A stretch of 62,676 nt of DNA, filler included, from Sphacelaria rigidula (GCA_964200075.2; 10 parts of 10 records of this genome joined end to end with filler, not necessarily neighbours in it); one strand, 5' to 3'; shown: positions 37,880 through 50,879, counted from the whole stretch's first letter. The notes: generated from the letters alone by a model not told the origin. Made by a program: numbers and translations.

Positions 37880-38700
37880 CATCATGAACCTGCACGCACG
37901 TGTACTGGAGGTGGACTACTCTACATAGCGCATGCCCGACAACGCAAAGCGTTTACCCTCGTGCGCGAACAGCACGCTGTCAACTCCTCGCGCCTAGAGA
38001 GATCTACCACTGCTCTCTACAACCTCATGCACAAATGCCCCAACTGAAAAGTTGGTGATTGGTTTTGGATCTACAACAGTTTGTCGACCATCCGCCAATG
38101 CACCAGCAAGGCAGCCAACAAAACAATTTTGAAGACAAAATTGCCCCTCAATTGGACAGGACCATTCAAGATCCTGATAGTCGGACCGTCGCCATCATCA
38201 CCGGATGATACACCCGTTGGTGACAAACTGCTATATCTTGACTTGTCTCGCGACTTCCAGAGCAACGACACCAAACTCCGCGTCTCCGTGCATAGATGCA
38301 AACCATGCACAAACCCGTATGATACAAACGACATGCCCAAGTACCTGCCTGCCGGACTCACACAGTATGCTCTGTACAGCTACTCGACCAAGTCCCCGCC
38401 CTACCACGTTGCCACCGACGACGTGGCAGAACAGCCCCTCCGATTGACCGTGTCCACCATCTCCGGCCACCAGATAACCCGTGGTTGAGGTGGCAAAACT
38501 GCTGTCATGTATAAGACCCACTGGTACGGTCTCCGGAGAGCGTCTGGGGAACGTGAATCCGACCTCCAATCGCACCGCCGTGCAATCCTCCTGTACTGGA
38601 CGCAATCTCAACATCAGCATCTTGCTCACAACAAGAAATATCGCAACATGCATCGTGGCGCAGCAGCCCGCAAACTTACCGCGATCAGGGACTACGCTTC
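37880..38700 (+). mobile_element. Degenerate Ty3/gypsy pol 3' end (integrase C-terminus, GPY/F, chromodomain-like)
   Basis: KLPLNWTGPFKIL, RVSVHRCKPC, ISGHQITRG*GGKTAVMYKTHWYG..ERESDL; stops and frameshifts. Confidence 0.85.
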
Positions 38701-38766
38701 GTCGCCGATGGTTACGAACTTGCACCCAAGACTTGTGAGACGGAATTCTTCGCAAACCGGCGAATA

Positions 38767-39108
38767 CGGTAGTCTAATCGGTTGCCTGTAAATCGTCACA
38801 AAAGTTAGTCGCTGGTTTGATTCCCGTCGGACGCATTTTCTTTGAAGAAAAAGAGGAAAATTCTACCTCCGGTAAAAAAAGAGGGTGATGGGGGAGAATC
38901 CAATCTCCGAGTTGACTGCTCTGGAAATGAGTGGAGGAGACGAGTAACTTCGAATGGATACGTATGGCAACATTAGACCGATACCGTGAGCACGTACAGT
39001 CGAACAGCGCTGGCAAGGGGAGACGTCCTCCTCGGAGTGAAAATGACGGAAATCGAACCCCCACGACTAACTTTTTTGACGATTTACAGACAACCGATTA
39101 GACTACCG
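38767..39108. mobile_element. MITE with ~62-bp TIRs and TA target duplication
   Basis: CGGTAGTCTAATCGGTTG(C/T)CTGTAAATCGTCA.. inverted at both ends, TA on both flanks. Confidence 0.85.
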
Positions 39109-42100
39109 TACAGTCAGCGCTGACTGTACGGTAGTTTAATTGGTTGCCTATAAATCGTCACAGGGTGGAAAGACAGAGCACAGGGCACCCACAGGGCAAA
39201 CTCAGGGAGGAACACAGGGCACTACGGGACAAAAACAAACTACGTAGCCCATACTCAACGTTGTATGCTCAACGTACGTATGGTAAGTAGACGACAGAAC
39301 AAAAGAGTGCGAAGAGCCGAAGCAGCATATCATGGTACGTTTGATGTTGCAGTGCGGATCAAACCCGTGACGCGATAACCCCCCCCAGAAGAAAGAAAAT
39401 AATATTTTGGTTGTTTTGGTGGGACGTAGCCGGGTGTGACACCATCGGCACGCAAGTAAACAACGGGTTGGGCACCATGTCACGAATCACGTGGTGAATG
39501 TCTCGAGGTGAAGGGTGCCAGTTCGTGGGCACCCTCGCAGCTATCTCAATTATACAAGGATATTCACCAGTGTAGTGCACATCAACAGTACTACGCATAC
39601 ACCTCTCGGAAGAATAAAAAAGGCACAGCCACGAACCTTTTTCAAATCTTGACCAACTCAAGTAATGCAAGTAAACAGATTAACATAGGCTTCTACCAGT
39701 GAGGAATTACGGGCGAAGATCAAACTTGCCAAGTACTCAGTCGAGCACTTTATACAACAGCGAGAACGTCGAGACCAAGGTGAAGCAGACGTGCAAAATA
39801 TGGACAAGTATTTTCGATAGAACGTGAAGAGTAGCAATTTTGAGGGAAGAAGCATCAACGAAGGTGTAGTGTAACAGCAATGATCGACTGAGGAGCAAGA
39901 ACTGAGGAGAGCAGCTCATCAATGAATTAGGGTTAGGGTGAGCCTAGAAATATGACTATTCGATTTTTCGTCATGGAGGAATGTTTGAGTAAATTACACT
40001 AATGTATAGTAGAGTACAGCATTTACTCTGTATATGTTAGACCAAAATTTAAGTGAACTTTTCATGTCCTCTGCACTTGAGCAAAACAACTAGCTACCGT
40101 TGAGCTGAGAAGTAACCAAGTAGCGAATATCGTACTAATAGATTGCTCTGCTTTGCATCCCACTTCTAGTTTTATTTTTTTATTTTCCTTTCTTATGATG
40201 GAAAAGGGGCATAACGAGAAATCATGCGCCGTTCTAATCTAGCAAGCTAGGGTGAGAAACGAGTGATACCGAGACGGTAAAACAGCACGCGAACAGATCA
40301 GCGACTTCAAGGAGGGCGGCAGTCACGCGTAAGGGTGTACACGGTTCGAGAGAGCTCAGTTTAAGTGCCGGTTTAAGAGAGGTTAAAAAAGCTTGGCACA
40401 CCACTCTCTTCAATCAAACCCTAGTTTCTGTCAAACCGGACCCATTCTCTTGGACCGAACTCTCTTTTCTCTTAAACCGGATCTGCCCCCAAACCCCCCG
40501 CTCTTCTACTGCACAGCACTGTAGCCCGAAAAACAACATCTTAGTACATTCGGCAGTTGAAACACACAACAAGCTTCAAGCTCCACTGACTGCAAGCACA
40601 ATACCTTGCGCCGCGGTTATTACAACAGTGTTTGTACGGCAGTATTACAGCAGAGAGGTGCAACATGGCGGAGGTGCCGTACCATCTTCGTAAGGCCAAG
40701 CTAGCCTGGATGAACGAGTTTAGATCAAGATATGCAAAACAAACATGTATAGCAGACTTCATGTAGCGTTGCAGAAGCTGCCGATGAGCGCATGTAACAT
40801 GTCTGTTGCTGGGTAGGGCGAGTGTATAGGTGCTTGGGTTTCACTAGTGGTGAGAGAATCATTTGTACAGCAGTACAAAGTACAGTACAGTGTGTGATTT
40901 TCTGCCTTCAGGTCAGCAGAGCCACGATGTTTCAGCTGACTGCCTATACATACTAAAAAAGATATGTAAACCATGCGATGTACACAAACTTGCATCCTCG
41001 ACCAAATGCTATTTTTTTGTACCAATGTCACGTCATTTGCTTCGGTGGAATCCGCCATGTGCTGCTCTATTTTGTGGGGATGTGTACAAAGGAAAATCTC
41101 ACGTACCATGAGCGAATGCCCTTTCGCCTCTTGGCTTGTATAGGACAAGTTCACCTGTGAAACACGGCCATCTTGTGACAGACGTTTTCGAGACAGAACC
41201 CAAGGCATGCCCGACGCTGCTGGTCCTGCTCTTCAAATTTCCGTACTCTCTCGTTCTAGCATGATGCCAGGTACGGCTTTCACTACCGATGCGTTGGTAT
41301 GTGGCGGCCACAACTGCCGTTCGTGTTCTTGTCTTGTTATCTTCGCAATGGTGGTAAACGTGGTGTGGCAGCTCGGGAGCGTTCGCTTCCCGAGTAGTAC
41401 AGCAGCTGAACACTAGTGCACCACGAGTTTCCACCCACTGATCTGGAGCGAGTTATCCGGAGGAACAATATCATCTCAACACCGAGCACTCACAGGCTTG
41501 AAGATATGTACCCTGCTTATATAGTACATTTCATATGAGCTAGGTCGTTGTCTTTAGGTGACGCGTGTATTTTTGGCTCACCTCCCACAGATAGAGGTCA
41601 CTCAAAGTGAAGTGAAATATCCTCGCGTTTTTTATTGACAGCTGCACAGTCGTCATGTGCTCGTTTCAACTCTGTGTATAGCACTTTGATATCACCCCAC
41701 TTCTGTGCAGGCCGGAACACAGTATGCAGCACTACAACTGTTCACACACTCTCCAGTAAACATCACACTGATCGTCGTAGAGTGTGTAGATGTACAACAG
41801 CACAGCAACGACTACAGGGAAGAAATGATGGGTGCGGAAAGCGCCTTGTTCGTTTGACTGGAGTGTCTGAATACCGCTGCGTGCCGACAGCATTATTTTT
41901 CGAAGCGAACGCCATGACAGAACACGGATGGCCACTGAGGTGCCTGTAACCTCAAATTTGGACGTTACAGACCTTGTGCAACGTCTGTAACGTCCAAATC
42001 TGAGGTTGCAGGCACCCCAGTGGCCACCCGTGAAGTAAAGAAACTCAGGCAGTCAGTCCCGGCGGAGACCAAGCCGTCTTCGAAACGGCCTGGAAACACC

Positions 42101-43473
42101 ACAGCGCAGCGACAGCTACAGCGCAAGAGACAGCGCATGAGTGTGTTTGTGCTGCGGCACAACGATACAGGACAAGTCCCATGCGATAGTTCTTCCCCTG
42201 ATTTCGGATGGGCTCGATTTTGGCAGAGAGGCGGTTTTCAAACGCTGGCCCAATCTATATCACCTTGAGTTATCTCCCTGCTTGCTGCTCTGCCTTGCCT
42301 GTTGCGGGATCGGTTGATCAGCTGTACGGTAGCTCCCTTGCGGGATTGGATGATACACCATCGTTGTAGTATAACTTGTCTGCTGTCTGCTGCGCGGTAT
42401 CTGTGTGTACAGTAGGTTCTAAAAAGCACAACACTGTAGGCGTGTTCGGGTTCTAAAAAGTAACACTGCGAACACTGCAGGACTGTGTGGTGTTCAGTGT
42501 ACTACCCTGTACTCCATATAATGAGGTCACGTTTTGGGCAGTTTTTGAAAAGCTCTGCTTGCTTTTTAAAAAGTATTGAGTCATACTACAATAAGAGGGG
42601 GGTATTTTAGGCCGTTCGCTTCCGTGAAAATCACTTCAATCGCCGCTGATCCCGATGAATAAAGCTCATTCATACTGCTTTGCACAGCTTTTACCCAATT
42701 ACAAGTGCACCGCGAGTGTTTCAGGCCGTTATACGCATCTATGAGCACATTTTTTTGTGGAATCGAACACCCCTCCCCCTATCGTAGCATGGCTCTATTC
42801 TGAAAAAAAAGAGACAGTTTTTTGTCACAGAAATCCAATGCCGAAGCTGGAATGGCCTGAGATGACAATCAATTTGAAAAATTGGAATAGTAGCCGAGCA
42901 GGTAAAATCACATAAAGTAAAATAGTAAATGGGCCAAAAGCAATAGCTCAAGTACTCCGAGGGTCGAGTACAGAAACGTCAGAATAATTCCAGAATATAA
43001 CGAAGAGCTAGGTACAGTACAGTCAAATGTACAGTCTCAAGTATCAAGAGTTTGGATGTACGCAGTTTCAGGGTACGAATGATCTATGGAAAGAATTTAC
43101 AAATTTAGACGGCCCTTCGCTTTTAATCAATGAAGCTATCCACCTCAACAGGCTTAACGGCGTGCCACTTATCACTCTTATTGAGAAGAGACAGTGTTTT
43201 ATGCTGTGTTGGCCATATCAGCACCTGGGACAACCATCGAGTTTTTTTATAGATTGCTTTACTTCGCAATCGCGCTTCCAATATTCTATTTTCCTTTTCC
43301 TTTGTTAGGCTACTTGTTACACTTGTCATGTATCGAAAAAATACAACTTGTTGAAAAGAGCTTTTTTTACCCTTCTCCGTCGTTTTTGCCCCGAGAAGAG
43401 GGCTCGGTGGATGTTGACACCTCAGACCGTTCCAGAGCACCTTCGCGTTTTCCGTAGGTCACAGTGTAGTGGA

Positions 43474-43659
43474 TGAGAGGACCGCATGCTTAGAGCACCG
43501 CACCGTAGCTCGAAACACCTCAGTATGGACGTTTTCGAAACCAATCCGGCCAGTCCCTGCAGGTACCACGACCCTGACCCCAACACAAACCCTAACCCCA
43601 ACCCCAACCATAGGGATGTTCAACTTCCGACGCGGTCCTCCTAGCATGCGGTCCTCTCA
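43474..43659. mobile_element. Short element with 17-bp inverted repeats enclosing telomere-like repeats (Helentron/HINE-like)
   Basis: TGAGAGGACCGCATGCT / AGCATGCGGTCCTCTCA; internal AAACCCTAACCCCAACCCC. Confidence 0.55.
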
Positions 43660-43845
43660 CGCATCACAACAGTTGCGTTCTTTGCCAAACATTAGACAGT
43701 ACAGTTATGGGTAGGAACTAACAGCGGATCCCAATTTTCGGGGTTGAACTAAAAAATGAGGTTCAACCCGCAAATCACTCTCGTTGGGAAAATACCAAAC
43801 AGTAACACAGAAGGAAAGTCTTTCCCCCCAAAACTCCGCAGGAGG

Positions 43846-43945
43846 NNNNNNNNNNNNNNNNNNNNNNNNNNNNNNNNNNNNNNNNNNNNTTAATTAATTA
43901 ANNNNNNNNNNNNNNNNNNNNNNNNNNNNNNNNNNNNNNNNNNNN
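43846..43945. other. Artificial contig linker
   Basis: N44-TTAATTAATTAA-N44. Confidence 0.97.
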
Positions 43946-45215
43946 TCACGCTCCCATGTAACACGCATGATACCCTTCCAATGTGTCTGATACACTACCG
44001 CTATCTTACCTCCACGACCACGAACCAGTTGATGACCCGAAATCTTATTTACCTCAACGCGTTCCAGGGGTGCGTCCGCATCCTCGAGCGTCATATGATA
44101 CGGCGGAGATTTGATCGCATACTTGGTAAACATATACTGGTTAAGCCCTACCGACAGTTGTTCGGGCATGTCAGAAGAGTCATGAGGGGGGATGCACGGT
44201 TTGCATCGTAGCATCGAGACGCGATTTTTCGGTTTCAAACCAGCTTCATCCGTGGGAAAATCTAAATACAAAACTTTCGCTCCCATCGAACTCTTGTCGG
44301 GTGTGGTAGCGCTTGGACCAACAGCTAAACTTTCCCAAGGACCAGTCCAATTCAAGGATAGCTTCGCCTTCAACACTCTATCCAAAGATGAAGATTTCGA
44401 GCTAGCCCCTTAATTGATGGTCTTCACATCGTTATACACCCATGCCCATTGGCCTACCTTCCACACCGGGCGGTTATGCACCATCCGATATCGAGTTCGC
44501 CCTGGCCACCTTGGACAAATTGATTTGGTTCTGTTCTCGTATCACTTCGTATGCAAGACGAAAGCGATTGCTAACCGACAAATGATACTCTGCAACGTCA
44601 CGATCCAGACTCTGATGTCCACCTGTGTTTTTGCGTTCGAATACCGTTAGAGGTAACCTAGGTATGCGTCCAATATGGATTTCATTCGGCGACAATTCCG
44701 TAGCGGCATTGACTGAATTGTTGTAGTTTATCTGGACAAGGGGCAGGTGCAGATCCCAGTCCATCTGTCTCTGATTCACTACAGCAGCAAGCATCTGCGC
44801 CATCGTATGGCTCACTCGTTCCGATCCACCATTGGTGGAAGGGTGATATGAACTAGTAAAAATGCGATGGGCACTCAAAAGGTCCCTGACGGCGGCAGAA
44901 AGTTTGCCTGAAAAATGCGGGCCGTTGTCAGATAATAAGCGTTTGGGCACACCCCGCAGTGGGTTGTACAAGTAGACAAGAATGTTGGCGGTACCTTCCG
45001 CGGTATAACTACTGGGGGGGACGGTGTGCATCACCGCATGTCGACTGAATCTATCCGTAAATAACAAAAAATACTTATTTCCACTGTCCGCCAGGAGCAA
45101 AGGATCAAAATTGTCCCACGACACTACTTCACCAGGTCCGTTTGGGAGTGGCATGGAGACAATCGGCCAACGAACTGTTTGACGAGAAGGTTTTCGCGCC
45201 TGAGACAAAAGATAG
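43946..45215 (-). mobile_element. Ty3/gypsy integrase core plus GPY/F and chromodomain-like end, frameshifted
   Basis: VVSWD..GNKYFLLFTDRFSR..LLSDNGPHF..YHPSTNGGSERV (DD35E), KLSLNWTGPW, ISGHQLVRGRGGKIAVVYQTHWKG..TWE. Confidence 0.92.
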
Positions 45216-45339
45216 CGCCTCACCCACCAACGACAACAATGTTTTCGTGAGATTGAGAATCGACGATACGATTGAGAGCAGGCTTTTCATGGCTTTCAGC
45301 GGCCGGGTGTGTCTGCATCATTAATGGACAAACCGCTTA

Positions 45340-46888
45340 CCTCGCATATTGGTGCAAAATGCCGGCAAACCTAACAATGTTTCCGTGAAATCGAGCGTTG
45401 AGAGTACGATTGAGAGTGAGGTTTTATTCATAACATGTCTCGTTGCGCCGGTTCCGATGATGAGACGAAAAGTTTACATGTGTAGCATGTTGGAACATTC
45501 CTGCCACCCGATGCCTGAATGGAATGGCAGAATAATGTTGGACAATGTTGCGCGCTGGCCCACAGGCGCGCATTCGTGGAAAAATGCACCGTTCAAGAGG
45601 TCTACAAAGTAGTGTGAGTCGTGCGGTTCGAGTAAACGATACGATTTAGCCAGGTTGTGCCCGAATTCATTCGCAAATGCAGTTGATGCCACCATTCGTG
45701 TGGACTTGGAGCTCGTGGATATCTTGAAATCACGTTTCTGTTCAAACATTTTGCCGCAGTTTCCGTCGTTGTTTTCGAAAGCGCAAGTCATCGCGTGTGA
45801 TATGACTGCTGATCTCCCGCCTTTTCGTGCCGAGGAAAATCGCAAAACGTGGTGGGACCCTGGATTCTGTTCCATCATCTCACCCTCGATGGCAGCGGAT
45901 CATAACAAATTCTCTTGCACGAAGCCAATGGAGCGCCTCCTGTCTATGAGCTGCAGCAAATCGATTTTGCCAGGGACTCTCGCCAACCTCATCGGATTTC
46001 CGAAAATGCACTCCAAACATGAGCCGACGGACCCATCAAGAATAGCTCATGACCCATCAACACGGGAAAACAAATACTACCGCATCAACAAATTAGCTGC
46101 AAAACACCGAGAGCACGTGGAACTGGCTAATCAAAACAAAAACACCATTGTGTGCTGAACAGCAATCAACGGTACAACAAACACCGGACGCTGGGTCTCG
46201 GTAGGCTCCAAGAGCACCGCTCCTGCCCCACCTCTACCCCATCCGTGCTCTCCCACTTGAGGGACAGTACGTGGCCTACACAAATCGCCGACTCTGCGCA
46301 ATTTGATGTCACGCCGAGCGTCGACACTTGGAAGAGATGCGTCTTGCACGTCTTCTGGATGATCCTGCGGAAATGATTGATCGGGGGCAGCGGCAAAGGG
46401 TACGGGTGATCGCAAGAGTTAATGGGGTAGGTTACAGTCGATAAATCGGGCGCTTCAGTGCAGCTGGGCGAATTTCAACAACTTCAAATTAGAAACTGGC
46501 GCAAACAGGACGTCCTTTTGTCCCGTGTGGGGATGATGCTTCCAAACGTATCCATTTACTTGGCACCACTCGAGGACGATACCCACACATTCAACACTAG
46601 GCGGGTACTCACGATCGAAAAGACTTGACTCATCATGCCGAGCAGCTGGGCACTCTCGACTCCGGCGACATTAGACACGACATCCTCCAAGGCCTTGTCG
46701 AGCTCGATCGTGTCTCCGTCGGGGAGGTTTATCTGGTTCGTGGAAAAGGTGCCAGCGACAGTGGCGGGAAAGAGACGGTGCGCATCAGGTAGGGGCAGTC
46801 CCATAGCCGCCATCACCAGCATGAGCAGCAGCCGAACCACCAACAGCAGAAGCAGCAGCAACAGCAGCAGCAGCCCGAAATAACGCAT
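45340..46888 (-). pseudogene. Possible spliced (pseudo)gene of unknown family
   Basis: Hydrophobic-start ORF at 46888 with donor AA|gtaaat, in-phase exon cag|GATCATC..GAG|gtgggg (about 46366-46233), then a long frame with in-frame stops; no recognisable domain. Confidence 0.3.
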
Positions 46889-48164
46889 CCGTTCAGCTCC
46901 GACATCGAAGTTACAAAAACACGAGAGGAGAAAGGGTACATCAGAGAAGTGCTTGACATCAAGAAAAGAGGCCCTTCAGTACTGCGGCAGGGGCGAGCTC
47001 CCTCATCTGCCTGCGTGAAAAGCGGGGTGATTAAAAACCCCAGGAAAATCCAGCGAAGGAGACGCGGTACAGGATATCATCATCAGCGAGGGTAATCAGC
47101 ACAACGAACGAAACTCATCACCTGCTTTATCAAGAAGCGATCACCCCAAGTGACTTTACCAGCAAGCCCGAGGGAAGCATCCACTATCAAGAAGCCAGCA
47201 TCCAGGAGCACATCTTGAACGCACTCGAGCATTACCAGCAACATCGCTCTTCTCGAAGCACATACACCATTATGCCACTTGAACTTTCTAACTCTCCGCG
47301 TCTCATTTGAAACGGAACACTTGTTTGTCAGTGTTATCAGCTACCAGGTGTCCTTCACTGTTCGGAATCTTTGACACTATCACTACAGCAGCAACCACGA
47401 TCGGGTGAGAGCACGGAATGAGGCGAGCAGCTATACCACAACACCGCGGCGAACGAACCGAACAAGATCAACGAAAGCCACTACAATACAACTACAGCGC
47501 TATTATCAAGTACGGACCCAGCGACATCAACGATCGTCACTACTCACCGTTTACTACTGAATGCGACGTAGCGCAGGAAACCATGGTAATGTGGTACGTA
47601 TATACTTTATTTAACTGTACGCAGTACCAGGAATTCTCCGAGAAAATTGTTGGAGGAAAAATTGATCGGTTGTACTGTACAGCGTAGCGCATTGTTGGCA
47701 AGCGTGGTATTTGATTTGAAGTTTCGGTACTGTGTCTATATTACTGCACTGGTCTGTATGCCGGACCTTGCCTTATTTGAAAATAGCCTACCGCGAGTAT
47801 TGTACCGTACACGGGTGAATTTGTTCATCAACCTTGGTACAGAAGGTTTTGATTGCGCGCTACCCCCGTATGTTTTGAAGTCGAGCATGAAGCAGCTATG
47901 TCACAATTCCGCCCACAAGCGTTGGGGCGCATAATGTAACACAGCGAAAACACACCAGTAAAGTGTGTAATATGTTTTTGTTATGCTTGCTATTTTACGC
48001 AGATGTTGGCAAGCATAATTGATTTTGGGTAATCAGGTGATAAATGCCTGTGCACACAGCATGATTATCGTGCATTGCAGGACAGTACAGTAATGAACCG
48101 CATGTGTTGCGTAAAGCGTTTTCTGTACATGATTTCTTTTGCCTTGATTTTATTCAGGGCATAT

Positions 48165-49207
48165 TGTGGAAGTCGTGAGACTCCCGGTGACGGTAGAAAC
48201 CGTCGAAGGTGGCCGATGATTTTCCTCGGGTTATGTAGTCAAGGATTGACCGTAAGTCGTCGGGTTGAGGCAAAGTGGATCACTCGGGAAAGCTCGACGA
48301 GCGCGAGCGAGTTAGCCCGATGACGAAGTCTGAGAGTCTTGGTCAAGAGTGATCCCCAGGGATAGCCAGCAGTTCGCTGGGAAGATCCCTGTTACCTTGG
48401 GGTCCCAGATCCGGCTGTACAGATATGGAAGTTTCGGGGCTCCTGCGAACTTACCCCTGTCACAGCCGTTCACTAGGTTACACGTCATAAAAGGAAATCT
48501 CTCCGCACATGCCCAAATGGCGATCTCCACATCACCCTCTCCTTTGATGCGCCGCGAGGCCATCTGTGAAGGCTCGTGGCGGGCATTCGGGAGACTGATA
48601 GTTTTTGGGAGACTAATTTGTATGGGCTTCTGAGATACTTTAATAGTAGCCTGGAGTTGAACGCGTCATATCCTCTATACTGGGTGTTGAGAAACACTAA
48701 CCAATACATTTTATCGACGTTCTCCTGCAGGTTCGTGTGAAGAAACAAAACGGAAAATGATTTGTTTTACTTAATATTTCGTGCAAGTTTCGTTCAGTGA
48801 TCAGCTGGACGATCTACACAGATCTCACTGGTGTCGCCAATGTGGAAGTCGTGAGACTCCCGGTGACGGTAGAAACCGTCGAAGGTGGCCGATGATTTTC
48901 CTCGGGTTATGTAGTCAAGGATTGACCGTAAGTCGTCGGGTTGAGGCAAAGTGGATCATTCGGGAAAGCTCGACGAGCGCGAGCGAGTTAGCCCGATGAC
49001 GAAGTCTGAGAGTCTTGGTCAAGAGTGATCCCCAGGGATAGCCAGCAGTTCGCTGAGAAGATCCCTGTTACCTTGGGGTCCCAGATCCGGCTGTACAGAT
49101 ATGGAAGTTTCGGAGCTCCGGCGAACTTACCCCTGTCACAGCCGTTCACTAGGTTACACGTCATAAAAGGAAATCTCTCCGCACATGCCCAAATGGCGAT
49201 CTCCACA
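48165..49207 (-). mobile_element. Intact TRIM (miniature non-autonomous LTR retrotransposon)
   Basis: Two 367-bp LTRs (48165-48531, 48841-49207; 4 differences) bounded by TGTGGA..TCCACA; ATAT TSD; PBS TGGCGACACCAGTGAGAT (48839-48822); PPT AAAGGAGAGGGTGA (48545-48532); 309-bp internal region without a retroelement ORF. Confidence 0.93.
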
Positions 49208-49356
49208 ATATGTATAATATGCCATACCAATCTCAGGGGACATGTGCTGGATAAAACACAAGTACATGCAGTGACCTCTGTGGTCCAACTCTCGCGTCAA
49301 GTAGCAACTTGCGAGTTTATATTTGTGGAAACGATGTTCGATCCGTTGATTTCACA

Positions 49357-49445
49357 GGGTATGTGTTACCGTCCCATCAATTCTGGACGACGGTCTACGC
49401 TTTTCGGTATATGTATGTGCGGGCGCACCAGCCGGGGTTAACCAC
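49357..49445 (-). mobile_element. SINE 3' fragment
   Basis: GTCCCATCAATTCTGGACG...TTTCGGTAT matches the SINE tail. Confidence 0.7.
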
Positions 49446-50122
49446 ACCGTTAGGGCAAGATCAAACAGGAGGACAGAATATAGGGTATCCGATGCCACAT
49501 GTGACTGTACGGTTCACAGAACTTTCGGGATGATTTTGTTTCACAGTGTTATTCTTCGTTCTTTCTAAAAAGGGTTCAAGGAATTTGTTTCTACAGGGCT
49601 CATGAAATTCAATGCCTATGCGAAAAGCGCACACACATACGTGTGCATGCGGGTGGACTTTTTCAGGTCTAATTTGTTTGGACTGACGTTTGTCGAAAAC
49701 GTGACAGTACAGAATGAAACGAGGAATGGTACAACGCTTTATGTACCTTGTACATTTTCGTCTGACTGCATTGCTCACTACTACACTTAGTGTGTTGAGT
49801 ACACTACTACCTTTGGTAGCAACATGTCTCATTCACGGGGAGGTGTTGGAAAATTCTAGACGGTGTAGTCTATATTGACTATGTTTGAATGAAGTTGTTG
49901 CAACAAAAGATAGATAGCGTACAATCTGTTGCGTTTCAAGGAAACAACGAACCACGTAAGACCGTTTCATAAGTATCCTTTTCACGGAGAGTACCTCTTT
50001 TGTGTTGATTCATAGTCTACGTGTGAATGACGTTTCAGGTAGGATACTGCTACAGTAGGCGTGTTGCCATGATTTGTCAATGAAAGATACTCTAGCAGAG
50101 TATTTAGGCCACGTAAGCTACA

Positions 50123-50222
50123 NNNNNNNNNNNNNNNNNNNNNNNNNNNNNNNNNNNNNNNNNNNNTTAATTAATTAANNNNNNNNNNNNNNNNNNNNNN
50201 NNNNNNNNNNNNNNNNNNNNNN
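50123..50222. other. Artificial contig linker
   Basis: N44-TTAATTAATTAA-N44. Confidence 0.97.
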
Positions 50223-50303
50223 CCCCCCTCGGGGGTCCGCCCCTACAAAGCCGGGACGGAGCACGCCGGGTTCTCGCCGGACCAGGCGAGGGGAGGGGGG
50301 GGG
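50223..50303 (-). mobile_element. Family B 5' head
   Basis: C-run then CCTGGTCCGGCGAGAACCCGGCGTGCTCCGTCCCGGCTTTGTAGGGCGGACCCCCG on the minus strand, same start as 5825. Confidence 0.75.
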
Positions 50304-50879
50304 GAAGAATGCAGGGTGATCAAAACGGAACACCCAACTTCCATCCTCCTCGTCGAGGATCACCTGTTCAAAGTGCTGAACGCTGGAGGAACATCGGATT
50401 ATGTTCTTCATCTCTAACATTTCGCATGTTCCTCACCGAACCTCGTCCGCACCACACCGGACAGTCGACATGACTACCGATGCTTCGAAGCAAAAACTGG
50501 CGCCGTTTCCGCGGTATCACCCATTCATTTCCAACAGCTTTCAGTCTCGCTGACGACACAAGGAATCGGCAGAAGGTGAGCGTGCTGTATACCATGTACG
50601 GCGATCCCGGAAGCACACTTCATGCGCCGCCCCAGCGACAGCGGCAAGCACATGTTTGTGACGTTTTTCCTACTGGCGGGTAATGTTGATTGTTGCATGT
50701 ATACTTGCTGAAGAAGATATTCCCCACCCTACACACCAAGTGGACGCGGCGCAATTACTACCTGCTGGAGTTGTATACCACCTAGGCATTAGCTCCGTAA
50801 GCCCGTGTAAAAAGAAAACTATGCTCCATTTTTGTTTATAGGCTTCCCCCCCTGTTTTATGCCCCATTTTAAGCCTTTT

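Noticed and set aside
48075..49441. Duplicated protein-coding ORFs
   Set aside because: They are translations of the two LTRs.
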